Source: Camelus dromedarius (lineage: Eukaryota). From it: DNA of 64,000 nt. The translations under genes and the position numbers were made by a program. The notes beneath the pieces were generated by a model. It searched no databases and was not told the origin of the DNA. It saw nothing but the letters and a program-made list of their open reading frames with translations. This document shows, in pieces, positions 37,430 to 50,314 of the stretch. The DNA lies in contig NC_087436.1 of NCBI RefSeq assembly GCF_036321535.1, positions 52,516,001 through 52,580,000 of the forward strand, written 5' to 3'. Within the stretch, counting starts at the first letter, position 1. Every line of letters begins with the position of its first letter.

Positions 37430-39100
37430 GATACACGCAGAATTTACATAATACATGTATTTTAGCATTATGTGAAAAGACCACTTGTTCATCTTAGTGA
37501 TTCAGATAAGCCCATTAAGGATCAAAATAGAAAAATTTTCATTAGTACAGTTACATCTGGTACTTGAGCAAAGAAATCAGAATTTAAAACTTTCCTGCCA
37601 GGGGAAAGTGCTAAAGAGATGCAAAAAATGACATCATTTTGATTCTGACTTTAGTCACACAAAGCCATTTCAAGAGTTCATAGGAAAGAGGGAATTGTGA
37701 GGAGGGGGAAAAAGTAGAATGTGAGTGCTGTTGCCACTGTATGTTTAAAAATTTTAAAAGTCATGTGATGAATGTTTTGAACATTTGCTTCCTTAAGTTT
37801 TACATTATAATAATGTTTCATCAATTTTCATAACAAATTTGTTTGTTTCTAAGTATATAAGATTAAACAAAGACAGAAATAGACAAAAATTAAATGCAAA
37901 CAGAAATACTTCACCTAGCCATATATCAAATTGTTAATAAAGCACACAAAAATAAAAAAAAAAGAATCCAAGTACTTTAAACAACACAGTCCTAACTGCA
38001 CACCCTCCTCAGTAGGACAGATAAAGAAAGGGAGAGAAAAGAAAAGCACTGCAAAGAAATCATGAAATTCACTTGATGAATTTGTTTCATTGAAATGGAT
38101 GTAACAACTCTAAGTACTTGGTTCTACAAAACTGAAAAAAAAAAACCACTTTGATGTGTTCTTAAAGTGAAAAAGGGAGATACAAAGGCCGAATAGGGGA
38201 AGGAAAAAAACACTGCATAATCAGATTGAAATCGAAGGCAGTGGCATAAACTTGATTAAAATACAAACATATGTTTAACATTGCAAATAATAAACAAACA
38301 AACACACAAACAAACAAACAGATGTGTTCATGGATTGGAAGACTTGATATTTTAAGACAGTAATTCTTTCCAAATTGATCATAATAGATAATACAGAATG
38401 CAATCCCTGTTAAAATACCAGCAAGTTTTATTTTTCTAGAAATTGATAAGCCAATCCTAAAACATACGTGAAAATGAAAATGACCTAGAATAGCCAAAAC
38501 ACTTTTGAAAAAGAACAAAATTGGAAGACCCAAGCACAGCCAATTTCAAACTTTACTCTAAAGCTACAATAATCAAAACAGCGTGTGATGAGTTCATGAA
38601 TATTAATAACAGCATTATTCATAATAGTCAAACACTGGAAATAATCCAAATGTCCACTGACTGGTGAAATGGAATATCCCATTGGATTTTCCACTTGAAA
38701 TGCATTTGTAATATTCCAAATGGGTTAGCCATATAATGGAATACTATTCAGCAATGTAATGGAACAAAATATCTGTACATGCTGTAACAGTATGAACTCA
38801 AAAACATGTTCAGTGAAAGAAGCCTTGCACAAAATACAACATATATGATTCCATTTAAGTGAAATATTCAGAAAAGATGTTTCTGTAGGGACAGAAAGCA
38901 GGTGAGTGGTTGCCCACAGCTGGCAATAGGGCTGGGGATTGACCACAGAAAGGCTCAAGGGAGTTTTCTGTGTTGAAGAAAATGTTCTAAAACTAGATTA
39001 CAGTGATGCTTACACAACTCTATAAATCTACTAAATATTAATGGGTTGTATACTTAAAATGAGTGAATTAAGTGGTGAGTTTCCAAATAAAGATTTGTTT
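37430..39100 (+). mobile_element. Old L1M fragments, ending in ORF2 C-terminal part and 3' UTR
   Basis: atgtgttcatggattggaagacttgatatt (CSWIGRL), cagcattattcataatag...aaatgtccact, and a 3' UTR ending aataaa. The left part (37430-38300) is less certain. Confidence 0.75.
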
Positions 39101-41317
39101 AAAAACAAACAAAAAGAAAATGTTGGTCTAGGCCAATCAAATTTCCTTTCTGGGTAATCTGAACTAGAAAACCCAGAACAAACCAAGCAAGTGATAAGCA
39201 GTGGGGAACCAAAGTAGCAAGGTGTCAGTAAAGTGAATCTGAGACAGCCGCGGGGATTCCTGCGCATGCCTGTGACACAAGGAGGCAGGTGTTATGAGTA
39301 AGTAGAGTCGGTAGAAAAGAATGGAGAGAGACCACGTGGGGAAGTGGAGAGACCCCAAGAGCAAGCCTGAGTTGTTTATGGGAGACAGAGAGAGTGGCAG
39401 AACCTAGAAATCCCATGATTCCTGACACTTTTCCAGTTCCAGTCCACATGTATCTTCACAGCAAGCACTTCCCCTATTCTGGCCTCTGTGATTTGAAGTA
39501 ATCTGTCCTTTTAGTCAAAATATCCTGATTAGAAAAGCTAGTAATTTTCTATAACAGCCTTATCAGATCCTGTTCCTTATAAATAATGGATGTATTTGGG
39601 GGATACCCTTAGTCCTTAATAAGAAGCAACTACAGGTGACTCATAGTCTCCGAGTCTCTTCTTGGGAGACCTCCAAGGTCGAAGGAGACAGCAGGTGGGA
39701 AGTGTGGATGTCCAAGACCTACTCTTGTCTAGAAACACATCAGGAGCATCCATTTCCCTGCTTCTTACTGTAATCATCTTAGGCACGACATAAGGAAGGT
39801 TATCCAGAAGAGGTCTAATTTCACACCATAATTGTAAACTATTAATTTTATTTAGTTAGTCACCACACAGAGGAACTTGAAGAACAGGGTCATTTCTCCT
39901 TCAAGTGAAGAACATTTCCTTGTGGAAGTGTATTGGGCTCTGATCAGTAGAACCCATTTTGCAGGCAATAAATGTCTGAAAGTCACCTTTAACAAACCAA
40001 AACCTCATCCATCTCATAATATGGTTGTCCCCAATACAAACAAGAATAAAAGTGAATATGTGTCTTCAAAATGTGTAGCAGATGAAGATTAAATTCAAAT
40101 AATTTGTACTCTGTCGTAATACCCACCCATTCAGTGCCTGATGAGGAAAATGTCAAAGACCACAGTTTATTAAAATTAACATTGATACAGAAGTCTGTGG
40201 TCACTCCCATGGGTCATTTAAAATTCCTAATTCTGCCTTGATTCATGTAATAAAATGCCGTCTGTGTCTCCTTTCTGGGGACTATTGTATTTATTTTGCT
40301 TCTAAACACAGTTTGAAGTGACTTTCTTCCAAGTAGTTTAAAAAGATACACTCACAGTGCCATTTCTTGAAAAATGAAATACCTTGAAAAGCAATGAAAG
40401 AAGGGTATTTACTACCCTTTGCATTTGCCTTTTGATTAAGCAGTTCTGTACTAAGTCCTTAGATATTTTGTCAAGCTCATTCTTTGGGCAGCCATTCCTC
40501 CCTAGATCTCCCTCGTTCCTCAAGGTGCTTACTGCTTAGCATGAACCCCACTTCGTATAATGGGTTTGCACACATTTCCATCTGCACACGATGAAACTAA
40601 GAGCTGGCCCAGGTTGCTGTTTAGCAAGACAATGCTCCCTTTCCATCTCTACCCCTCACACACATAAACATTCAGAATTAGTGGAGCCAACACAGGGGAG
40701 ACAGAAGGAGAACAAAACAATCTATTGGCAGGAGAAGATTGAACAGCTGAAGAAGCATCTCCGTCTTAAACTTATGGGCAATGAGTCCTTGGATAGGGAC
40801 TATTAGATAAAGGCATTCTGGGTACATGTCCTCCAATGCAGGCCTGATCTGGAGTAGAGAAGAGTTAGTAAGGTTTATTGCTTTACTCCCTAGGGAGGTG
40901 GAATGTAGATCAAAAAAGAAGCATGTCCTCAAAACATTTCTAATTGTTTCCGATTCTCTTACAATTGTGGGTATTTCTCCTGTTTGACTTTTTTATTCTG
41001 CCCATAGAAGACAAATTCCTAGAATACTAGAATATTTAAGATAAAAATCTTCATTAATTCAGTGATTTGACTTTATAAAGAATGAGGGTCCTTTGAATTA
41101 ACTAATAATTGCTCTTTCTCCCTTTGGTGAATTCTGACCACGCTGGGGAAAGAATGTGGAATAAGGTGAAAGGTAGAAGACAAACTGAGATGGACAAGTG
41201 TCAGTACGTAACCTTATTAAGGGACGGGGGTAAAAATACCTTTCCACACCAGAGCTTCTGCCACCACAGCGTATACAATGTTACAGGCTTAGAATCTAAA
41301 GGGGAAATCTGACTTTT

Positions 41318-41350
41318 TTTTTTTTAACATTTTTTTATTGATTTATAATC
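41318..41350 (-). mobile_element. About 33-nt L1 tail insertion with perfect TSD
   Basis: The minus strand reads gattataaatcaataaaaaaatgtt(A)n, flanked by identical ggaaatctgactttt (41303-41317 and 41351-41365). Confidence 0.85.
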
Positions 41351-41659
41351 GGAAATCTGACTTTTGTTCAGCAGAAATGAGAAACATTTATAAGTAATCA
41401 GCTGTTTATTTAGTCAGAGTTAATAACATTTATATGTAATAAATGGTTTATCATACATGTTCCCTTTTTGCATAGTTTATCCTAGTTTAGTATGGAAAGT
41501 TTTTTATAGAAAAAATATAAGTAGTTGTACAATAACCAAATAGCCTCTTCAGATATACTACTGGCTGAACATGAGAATGACCTCCGCCCACGCCTGTGCT
41601 TTTCAAGGCAACACACCCTTCCTAAAAAAAAAAAAAAAAAGCCAAGAGGAAGTTAGCTT

Positions 41660-41900
41660 ACTGGTTATGAACAATGATTCTGAAATCAGATAGCGTAGGT
41701 TCAAATAATAGCACAGCCATTTATTTGGACCGTGGCCTTTGGTAAGCAACTGAACTTCTCTGTGCCTCAGTTTCCCCATCTGTAAAATCATTATAATAAG
41801 GTTACACCCTTACAGGATTCTTGAGAAGATTAAAAGAGATAAAAGCATATAAAGCTTAACACAGCATCTGGAAAGTAAACAATGAATTTTAGCTGTTATT
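41660..41900 (+). mobile_element. MIR SINE (a second, opposite MIR follows at about 41930-42070)
   Basis: Core motif cttctctgtgcctcagtttccccatctgtaaaat...gaagattaaaagagataa. Confidence 0.88.
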
Positions 41901-42385
41901 TTATTAATATAATCCTTTACAAAAGCCAGGCAAAGTTGGTGTTTATGATACTTGTTTCACAAATAAGGAAACAGGTTCAGAAAGACTAAAGGACTTGGCC
42001 AAGGTTAAATTAAAAGATGAAATCTGAACCCTGTTTGTCTGGCCCCCAGCCCCATAAACATCACTGTCCCATACTTGTTCTCATCACAAGTATTTTACAT
42101 AAAGTATCCTAAAGGAATTAGAAAACAACTAGCTTTTAAGTGGGTCCGTCATATGTTCAACAAGTAGGAGTTCAATAAATATAACACAAGGGATTGACAA
42201 CTGACTACCTGACTGAATAATAAACCTGTGATTCTAACCAGCGGGTATCTCTGTTGTTGGCCACCATGGCAGATTTATTGTGTGTTTTGTTCATCCTGTC
42301 CTCCTCGTGTGTACGGTCCTTTCTTCTTCCCCTTGTCCTTCAAATTCTATACAATCACCAAGAGCCTCTCTACAAGATACTACCT

Positions 42386-43047
42386 CAGTATTTCCCACAA
42401 CTTAATGAGTGTTGCCAGATATGTGTACCATCTGTACTATTACTTACTTAGTATTTTCTTTAAATTGATGCACTTTCTATTTTTAAATTTATTTGAAAAG
42501 GAAACCATCATAAATGAAAAACCAATTTTACATGGCATAAATAGCAGCTATAAAATCACTTTGATGTAAGCAAAATAAAATAAAATTCTAGCTAGATTTT
42601 GTTTCTGGCCAAAGGCTCTGAGTGTGAGGCTTGCTTGTCCTTGTTTAAAAAATAAATCAAATACTTCCCTGGCAGGGGACATACCAGGAATATGAAGGTG
42701 GTTTTCTCCAGGGGAGGGGGGCGGGGGAGCTCATCCATTTGCACTCTGGATATGCTGACCCCTGTGATTTCCCCAAATGTGGGAAACTCGGCTGCATCAT
42801 TTGTGGTTGTGGGGAACTGTGTTTGCATTTCCCCTGTAGGGGGACAAAGATAAGCACCAATTAGGTATTAATGACATAGTTGCATCAAATTGAAATTTTG
42901 AAACTTCTTCATTGAAGAAAGTAAATTTAAAAAAAAAAAAGCTGGAAAGAAATCACTTTCTCACTGAATGTTATTTAATGCCACGTCCCAGTACTGCCTT
43001 ATAGACTCTCACACAATGCTATGCCTCTCATCCTTTGGAAAACACCA
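42386..43047. mobile_element. hAT-Charlie-like relic hosting the U1 copy
   Basis: Ends cagtatttccca / tttggaaaacacc resemble Charlie TIRs. Confidence 0.5.
42661..42836 (+). pseudogene. Full-length degenerate U1 snRNA copy
   Basis: Collinear with U1 from ATACTT(C)CCTGGCAGGGGA through GCTGACCCCTG.GATTTCCCCAAATGTGGGAAACTCG.CTGCAT.ATTTGTGG to TTTCCCCTG. Many substitutions and a G-rich insertion; no PSE or 3' box recognised. Confidence 0.93.
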
Positions 43048-44624
43048 ATTTATCTGATCGCCAGTCTTTTGTGAATGGCACTATTTATCTATGGCATTTA
43101 TTTGAGAACTTAATTACAATGCTTCTTATATGATATTTAATTGTATAATTTCCCGTAGGGAGACATAAGAGGAATCCTCAGGATAATGACGTCTTAGTCA
43201 GAAATCATAGTTTAGCCAAGCCAGAAATAATCTCACATACAATGACTCAGTCAATGCTTTATTTTGGGAAAATGATAAGGAAAATTTGAATTGGTCATAG
43301 TAAGTTATTTTTATGTAAATCAGTAAAGAATTATATATGGGCACGGCTGTTTATATTTTCTCTCCTAGGCCTGTTAATGATGAATCATGTTCTATGTGTG
43401 TAACTACATACGGCTATATATATAGCTAGAAGCACGGTGGCCTTTGTAAGATAAGACTATTTAGCAAAGTTATTTGTCGTATTATTGCTTAAGCTTTCTG
43501 TTTTAAAAGCTAATAGTCTAAGCCAAGTTTAGTTTTGGATTAAACTGTGGATTAAAGTTTAACATTTTGAAGTTCATTTGCATTTCATGAGGCTTCAGTT
43601 TCATATTAGAGAGTCAAACTCAGCAGAGATTTTAAGTTGCCAACCCATTGAGACTAGGTTAACAGAATGCACTACCATCATTTGCTATTTGACTTCAAAG
43701 TAGTATGCCATATGAAAACACTTTATTATCTTCAAAAACACTTTATTATCTTCAAAAAATATATCCTGGGTTTTAGAAAAAATTACATATAATATATATA
43801 TATAATATATATATATATTCCAATATTGATTAAAGATTTGCAGAATTTTGTCCTCCAAATAACAATATATTTATTCAAATGTAAAAGCCTGGACCTCTTT
43901 AAGTCTCAATATAAGAGTCCTGTATCAGTATAAGTTACTTTTTTAATATTCAGCTATGTCTTTAAGGCATAATTATTTTTCTTTTATGCAATGTCCTTCT
44001 AAATTAATTATGCATTTTTGAAGGATGAAAAAAATGCAAAAAAGGATTGTCAGAAGGTTTCATCCAATATGAGTTTAATTTTTTTTCTTTCTCAATAAAG
44101 TCTATCAGCAAGAAAGTTTATGACCCGATATTAAAAGCAGAGAAACAACGAGTTTTGATCTCATTTGTATTCTAATCCTCTGACCACTGATAAATATTTT
44201 AACTTCATCTTCCAAATATAGCATTATGCCATGTTCACAAGCATTTTAACTAGTTATCAAAAGTAGGAATTAAGGAATTAATTACAAACGCCTTCCACTC
44301 AGATAGTTTATTGGAAGGGAAATCTGTCTATTTCAGTAAAAGAGGACATACCTTAGAACCAACAGACCTGAATTACAATCATGGCCCTCCTATTGAAAAA
44401 GTAGCTTTGCTTCTTTCGGCTAATATTTGCCAACCTGCAAAATGGAAATAATACCATCTTTCTTGTAGACATCAGCAGTTAAACTGATCATAAGAATTGC
44501 TTTAAAAATGGTAGCTATTATTATCCAGCTAGTAATTTTAACTAAGGCATTCATTGTCCCTTAAAAACTGAATTCGAATATGTAGAATTAGTTTTATTTC
44601 TATTATTGTTACTTTCTATTGGTA

Positions 44625-45420
44625 TTCTTTCATTCCCTGTGTTTCACTAGCGACCTGACGTGAGGCACTGCAAGTGCAGCTGAGTAAAACACGAAATCTC
44701 TGTCCTCCTGGGGTTACATTCTGGCAACACATGTTTTAAAAAAAGAAATGCCACTGGAGTGATAAAAGTACTGTTGAGCGAATGAAGCAGAGTGGTCTAC
44801 TAGTGTGGAGGGAGATGAGGGCCAACTTCAGATGAGGCGGTTGGAGAAGGCTTCTCTGAGGGCTGCTCACAAAAGGCGGGAGGGGCCTGACAGGACAGCA
44901 CTGAGGCCCGGGAAGAGCCAGCAGAGAAACCGGGGGCAGGAGGAGCCCCGGGACGTTCATCTACCACAGAAAGGCCAAGCAGGGCGAAATGGCTGGAGGT
45001 AGTGGAGGAGCAAGGCGGAGGCCATGTCCTGTGAAGATGTGCCAGCTGTGGTGACAAGAATCAGCAACCACTGGAGCAGCTGAGTTTACGTGTTAAAAGG
45101 TTTTTCTAGGTGACTGTTGTAGGTACCGAGGGAAGAGACACAGGTGCTAGGTGAACGGTAGTTGATGAAATAGTGAGACAGATTTGGGATATATTTTGTA
45201 GCTAGAGCTAATAGGAGTGAGAAAAAGAAGAGAATCAGGAAAGGCCACTACCTTTTGGCTTGTGCACCTGGGAGACGCTGGTACCACGCTTGTATCCAAG
45301 GTGAGGGAGGAGGTGGTTTTGAGGTACCAGTCAGGAGTTCTGTTTCGGACATGCCAAATCTGAGATGCTGCTAAGGCAGTCAAGTGAAGATACAGAGGAA
45401 GGAAATGGAAGTTTAAAACC
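44625..45420 (-). mobile_element. L2 LINE fragment
   Basis: gaaggcttctctgagg, cagatttgggatatattttg and caggagttctgtttcggacatg are L2 signature motifs. Confidence 0.8.
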
Positions 45421-45757
45421 ATCATCATTGGGCTTCTATCTGTTTCCATTTTTTTCTATATTTTTTCATGTGGCAAGTCTTGGTTCATGGTGTAAGCACT
45501 CAAAGTGGTTGAAGTGATTTTGATTATAATTCTCTCAAGTGATTTTACTTGTAGAAAGCTCTTCTGGACTAGATTAAATTTAAAGGAATTCCTTAAGTGT
45601 CAAAGGTATCTGAACCTTTCTGAATATTCTTCTGATCAGGAGGTACATCGTATCTTTTAGGAGGAGTAAGACACACCGTAGTGTTGTTCACAAAGTACCT
45701 ACCAATAGTTCTGTCATTGTCTGGGTTACCTTGGAGCATTCAAGATGTTGGGTAAAG

Positions 45758-45973
45758 CAGGATTCAGCAAACTGTGGCTCACAGGCTGAATCTAGCCCCC
45801 ACCTATTTTTCTAAGTAAAGTTTAACCAGAACATAGCCGTATCTATTCTTTAGGTATTATGTATGACTGCATTCACACCACAATGGCAAGGTTGAGTCGT
45901 TGCTACAGAGGCTTATGGCTCCCAAAGATTAAAATACTATTTGGCCCTTTAAGAAACAGTTGGCTGACCCCTG
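45758..45973. mobile_element. MER58-like hAT-Charlie MITE
   Basis: TIRs caggattcagcaaact / agttggctgacccctg, with internal tatttggccctttaagaaa. Confidence 0.85.
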
Positions 45974-46139
45974 CTCTGAAGTTTCTTCTAATCAGCAAGC
46001 CTTATGATTTTATGAGTTGAGGAAAAGAAAATCAGAAGCAAGCTAAGATCTATATCCATTTGCCACCTGAAACAATTGTGAGAGGAGATCTGATATGCAA
46101 CATTTAATTTTAGCAATTTTTCTTTTCTTTCCTCTAAAG

Positions 46140-46178
46140 CTGGGACTCCGAGTTCAATTACAGCAACAGAAACATCAG
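46140..46178 (+). CDS. EMCN: EMCN exon 5 (39 nt, phase 1-1)
   Basis: Polypyrimidine tract, then taaag|CTGGGACT...ACATCAG|gtaagt. Encodes TGTPSSITATETS. Confidence 0.9.
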
Positions 46179-48549
46179 GTAAGTTCATTTTCTTTTCTCT
46201 GAAAATATTCCTGGCTAAAATCCCAAGAATGAGACAAAATAGATCAATCAGTTTGAGGGCAGGGTGAAACAGTACGAGGGAAAACATTACACGGCAACTA
46301 AAATATTTAGGAGATCGTGTGTTAAAAAATGCAGACCAGGGGAACATACAACGATGTGCCTGAGTGCTCTGGGGTTGGGGTGAGTGGAACCAGCTCTGGT
46401 AAAAGCGTAAAATCTGTGGAATTTTCCTCTGCCCAGAACCTTCTGTTCCTGGTCTATTTCCGTGGTCAGCGTGCCCTCTCCCAGCAGTAGAGCGTGTGCG
46501 TTTGTGCCTTCTCTGCTGTCTTAACACAGCCCGGTCCTGGCCTCCAAAGAGATGATGTTATAAACCACAGTTTATAATGTTAAGCCTAAAGTGTTATCAC
46601 TCTGAGAAGTGCCTATGCTTTCCCATTCTTAGCTTTAAACTGAATGAATTTTGGATGATGGAACGACAGAAATTGAAAAAGATTATTGGGCAGAGGAAGA
46701 TGGTAATGTTGAATCTTCCTGTTGTTTTGGAATTATAAATATTGGGGGCTTTTTATCTTCCTACATCCTTCCTCATGCTTATGTAAATAACAAATCTCTT
46801 AGGTTCTCAATCGTGATCACCTTTGGTATATATAAAACGAGAAATATGTGAAATAAACCTAGAAGTTCATGTAACTTTAAAGAAATTGGAAAAATAAAGC
46901 TATGAAAATTATGAGTGACTCTAATAACATTTTCACAGCAAACATTCTAAATAATTGTCATAGTCTACCTTCTACCTTTTATGTTTAAGGAATTAGAAAC
47001 TGAAATTATTATGCTTTTAACTTTTAATGATTTATCTTCTACATAATATATGAAGTGAATAAAGAAGTTATTTTTATATTGTTAACTCCATACTTATCAC
47101 CATACTTGTTATTCTTACTTCCATCTACATAGTCTAGAAACGCACTAGAAAAAGCATTGGGAAAAACAAAGCAAAACAAAACATAAAAATAGTAAATCCA
47201 GGCAACGAGGGCAGCTTGGCATTGGCTGCTGCTTTGCGCTGTTCCAGAGAAGTCCTTTCCCTCTGCTTCATGGACCGGTTATCGAGGAGAAGCTACAGAT
47301 GGAAGAGAATTGGGAAGCTGCCAAATTGTTGGCTCCTTTTAAGGAGAGACTAAAGCATATTTTATTTTGTTTAAAAGAGTTGTATTTACAAAATGCCAGG
47401 TTTAACTATAATTGATTTTTTAAATGTAATGAGAAGCCCAGTTAGACTACTTTAATTTTGAGTTATAGAAACTAATTCTCCTAAAACAAATAGTAGACAA
47501 ACTATTGATTTGACTAGCCAACCAGAAAGAAGTGAGGCTGGTTCTGTTAGCCACAAGAAAGGCCAGTCTCAAACTTCAGATATGTGTTGTGGCCAAAGAC
47601 TAAGTCCAGATTCACTAAACAAACAAACTAACTAACTAACTAACAAATATTCACCCATATGATCAAGGATAGGCATCTTCCTTAAAATAATTAGTATTTC
47701 TCTTTTAGGTAAAGTTGAAGTAGAATTCTAGCCTGCAGAATTATTAGTACTGCTTCCTTCTAATAAATATGAGCTAATAGATATTTAGTATTTGACTAGA
47801 ACATACATAGTTCTCACATTTGATATTTTCTTTCATACTATGCATCTGGCTTTAATTTGCTTGAAAAATTACGTTTTTATCACTCTCTTGAAAAGTTATT
47901 ATCAAGGATCTAGAAATTGGTGATTGCTTTATGTAGGATGTTTTTTGGGAATTCAGAATAAGTAAGGCAACTGTATATAAAGGTAAATTATAAGCAATTA
48001 TACATAGATATAACATTTAACTTTATATCATATGAAATGTAAGAAAGATAGTCCTGGTCATAGTGGAAATGATCAATCAAGGTCTGAAGACATATCCATT
48101 TGTTCTATTCAACAGAGCAAAGGTAGTATGAGTGGACAGCTGTGTTTTTAACAATGCTAAGCATGAGGAATTCATGCTCAACATCTAAAGGATGTGGGAA
48201 AGTCAAACTTCGACTGCCCACTGTCACATACCTGGTGAGACTCCAAATTCAGTATAATCCTCTGCTAAATATACAGAATGGTATATTCAGCCAACCACCG
48301 ACTAATGGAGGCATTCAACACATATTCATTCTGTTCCATCACATGTAACTCTAGCTAAGAGTTATGAGTGATTCATGGAGCCAGCCATTAAGGGTTACTA
48401 AAGCAGAATAGCCAATATTAGAAGTAACTATAATAACTCTAGTAGTCATGTATGAAGTGATGTGTCATAGACCAGCCTCAGATAAACTTATGTTAAGATC
48501 AGAAGAGGGAGAGGGGTTTTTCCCTTCACCTGTGGTTGTAGTATACATT

Positions 48550-49170
48550 GGGTGGGTGACCCTGGGCAAATTATTTAAACTCTCTGAGCTTCAGTTTCTA
48601 CTTTATGAAATGCAAATGCAAACATTATTAATACAATAGTGAGTATAAAACACTTAGAACAATGCCTGGCATACAGTGTCCCAAAAGGGCTTGAAAATAA
48701 AATCCTTCTTCATACTTTCATGTCCACATTTTAGATCACTCACATTCACCTTCTCAGAAAGCATATGGCACGAGCTCAGTTACATACTGAAAACTTTTCA
48801 GTGTTTTCAGGTCATAGTATCCAAATTGTGAATTTAATGTAAGATGTGTACCTATTTTGGGAGACAGGTGAGAACATTCTAAAACTTTCAGAATGCTGAG
48901 AAAAAAATTATTGATCTCATTGATAATGAGGCCATTCACAAGTAAGATGAACTCAACTCACTTAAAATCTGTTGGCTGCATGATGTAATGGAAAGGAAAC
49001 GGAAAGGATTTTGAGTCATACTTGGCTTATGTCTTAGCTCTTCCACGTATTGTCAGACATGTTACTTTATTTCTCTGAGCCACGGTATCTCTCATCTTTA
49101 AAGCACAGGATAAAAATATTCGAGAATAAGATGAGTTAGCACATATGGAAGTAATTAGCACGATGCCCCA
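48550..49170 (+). mobile_element. Two MIR fragments (about 48550-48680 and 48975-49170)
   Basis: gtgaccctgggcaaattatttaaactctctgagcttcagttt and gttactttatttctctgagcc cores. Confidence 0.7.
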
Positions 49171-50314
49171 TTCATTCTTTTATATTGTATATAATTTTCT
49201 GGAAATTAATAACTATTTATATTAAATCACAAAAGAAAAATATATCTCCCTTCTTCAACATACACTTCTACAGAGTTCCCTAAAGTAAAGAAATCTCTAG
49301 TCATCGTTGTTACTGGATGAGAAGGTGCTGTTACCTCAGGTGAGTCACATGATGGCCCAAAGCAAAGTCAAAGAAATTTGAGATAAAAATTTTTTTCATG
49401 TAACCTTGAGAGTACAACTAGGTCAGAAGGTCAGGTCTGATGAGAGCAGAAATTAGTTTTTATCATGTGAAGGCAGGAATATTCCCTTTAGACATTTTGC
49501 TCATTAAGTAGACGGGGTGTCCCGTGAAGGGTGGAAATATATACTGGCTATGACAAAATCTAGACTGAAAGGAACCCTGACCAGAATCTAAAATCTTAAA
49601 GCTAGAAGAGACCTCAGGGGATCATAGCCATATATTCCCCTCCCAAAACACAGAATGGGACCAGCCATACTCCTAGCATTTGTTGACCGTACTGCGTGTG
49701 TGCCACGTAATTACCTAACAGACCGTTTTGCTCTCTGATAATGAAAGCCTAGAGTACGCCGTGCTCCCTTTCCCTGGGAGTCGGGATGCTCAGAGTCAGC
49801 TCTCATGGCCAAACCAGCAACTGTATGAATGCTTGGTATGAACTCTTAGAAGGAGCATATTTGTTTCTTCCATTTGCCTTTGTCCTGATTTCCTATTCAT
49901 TTTATGGCGTAGACCATTGCTTAAGCTCCTCAAATCCTTTTTGTTAAGAATTAATTTATAAGTAAAATCCAATAAGCAATAACATGGTATCTCTTATGTT
50001 GATCCCTGACGTACTGTTGTGTCTTATTATCTCTTCTTTCACATCTGTCAACTGTGCAGCTCACCTCTGCTACTCAAGCTCCTTAAAGGCAATCACTATG
50101 CCACATACTCTGTTGTATTTCCTTCAGCATCTATTGTTGGACCCAGAGTGGGTGTCTATTTTTTTTTCCTATTATTGAGGAATGAATGACAAAAATGAAA
50201 TGATAATGATTTTAAATAAGTACCAGCCCTAATATTAAGATAAGAAAGGAGATTTCATTAATTAACTTCCTCTTTAACTGGAGTCATTTCTGCCACCAAA
50301 ATGTTTTGTTTGGC

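Noticed and set aside
42661..42671. Idea that the intronic U1 variant suppresses the AT donor of exon 3
   Set aside because: Rescue of G+1A would need U1 C8>U. This copy has A7>C (the +2 partner) and looks non-functional.
45988..46527. 179-aa minus-strand ORF across exon 5
   Set aside because: No recognisable protein features; antisense overlap with a real exon and its pyrimidine tract.
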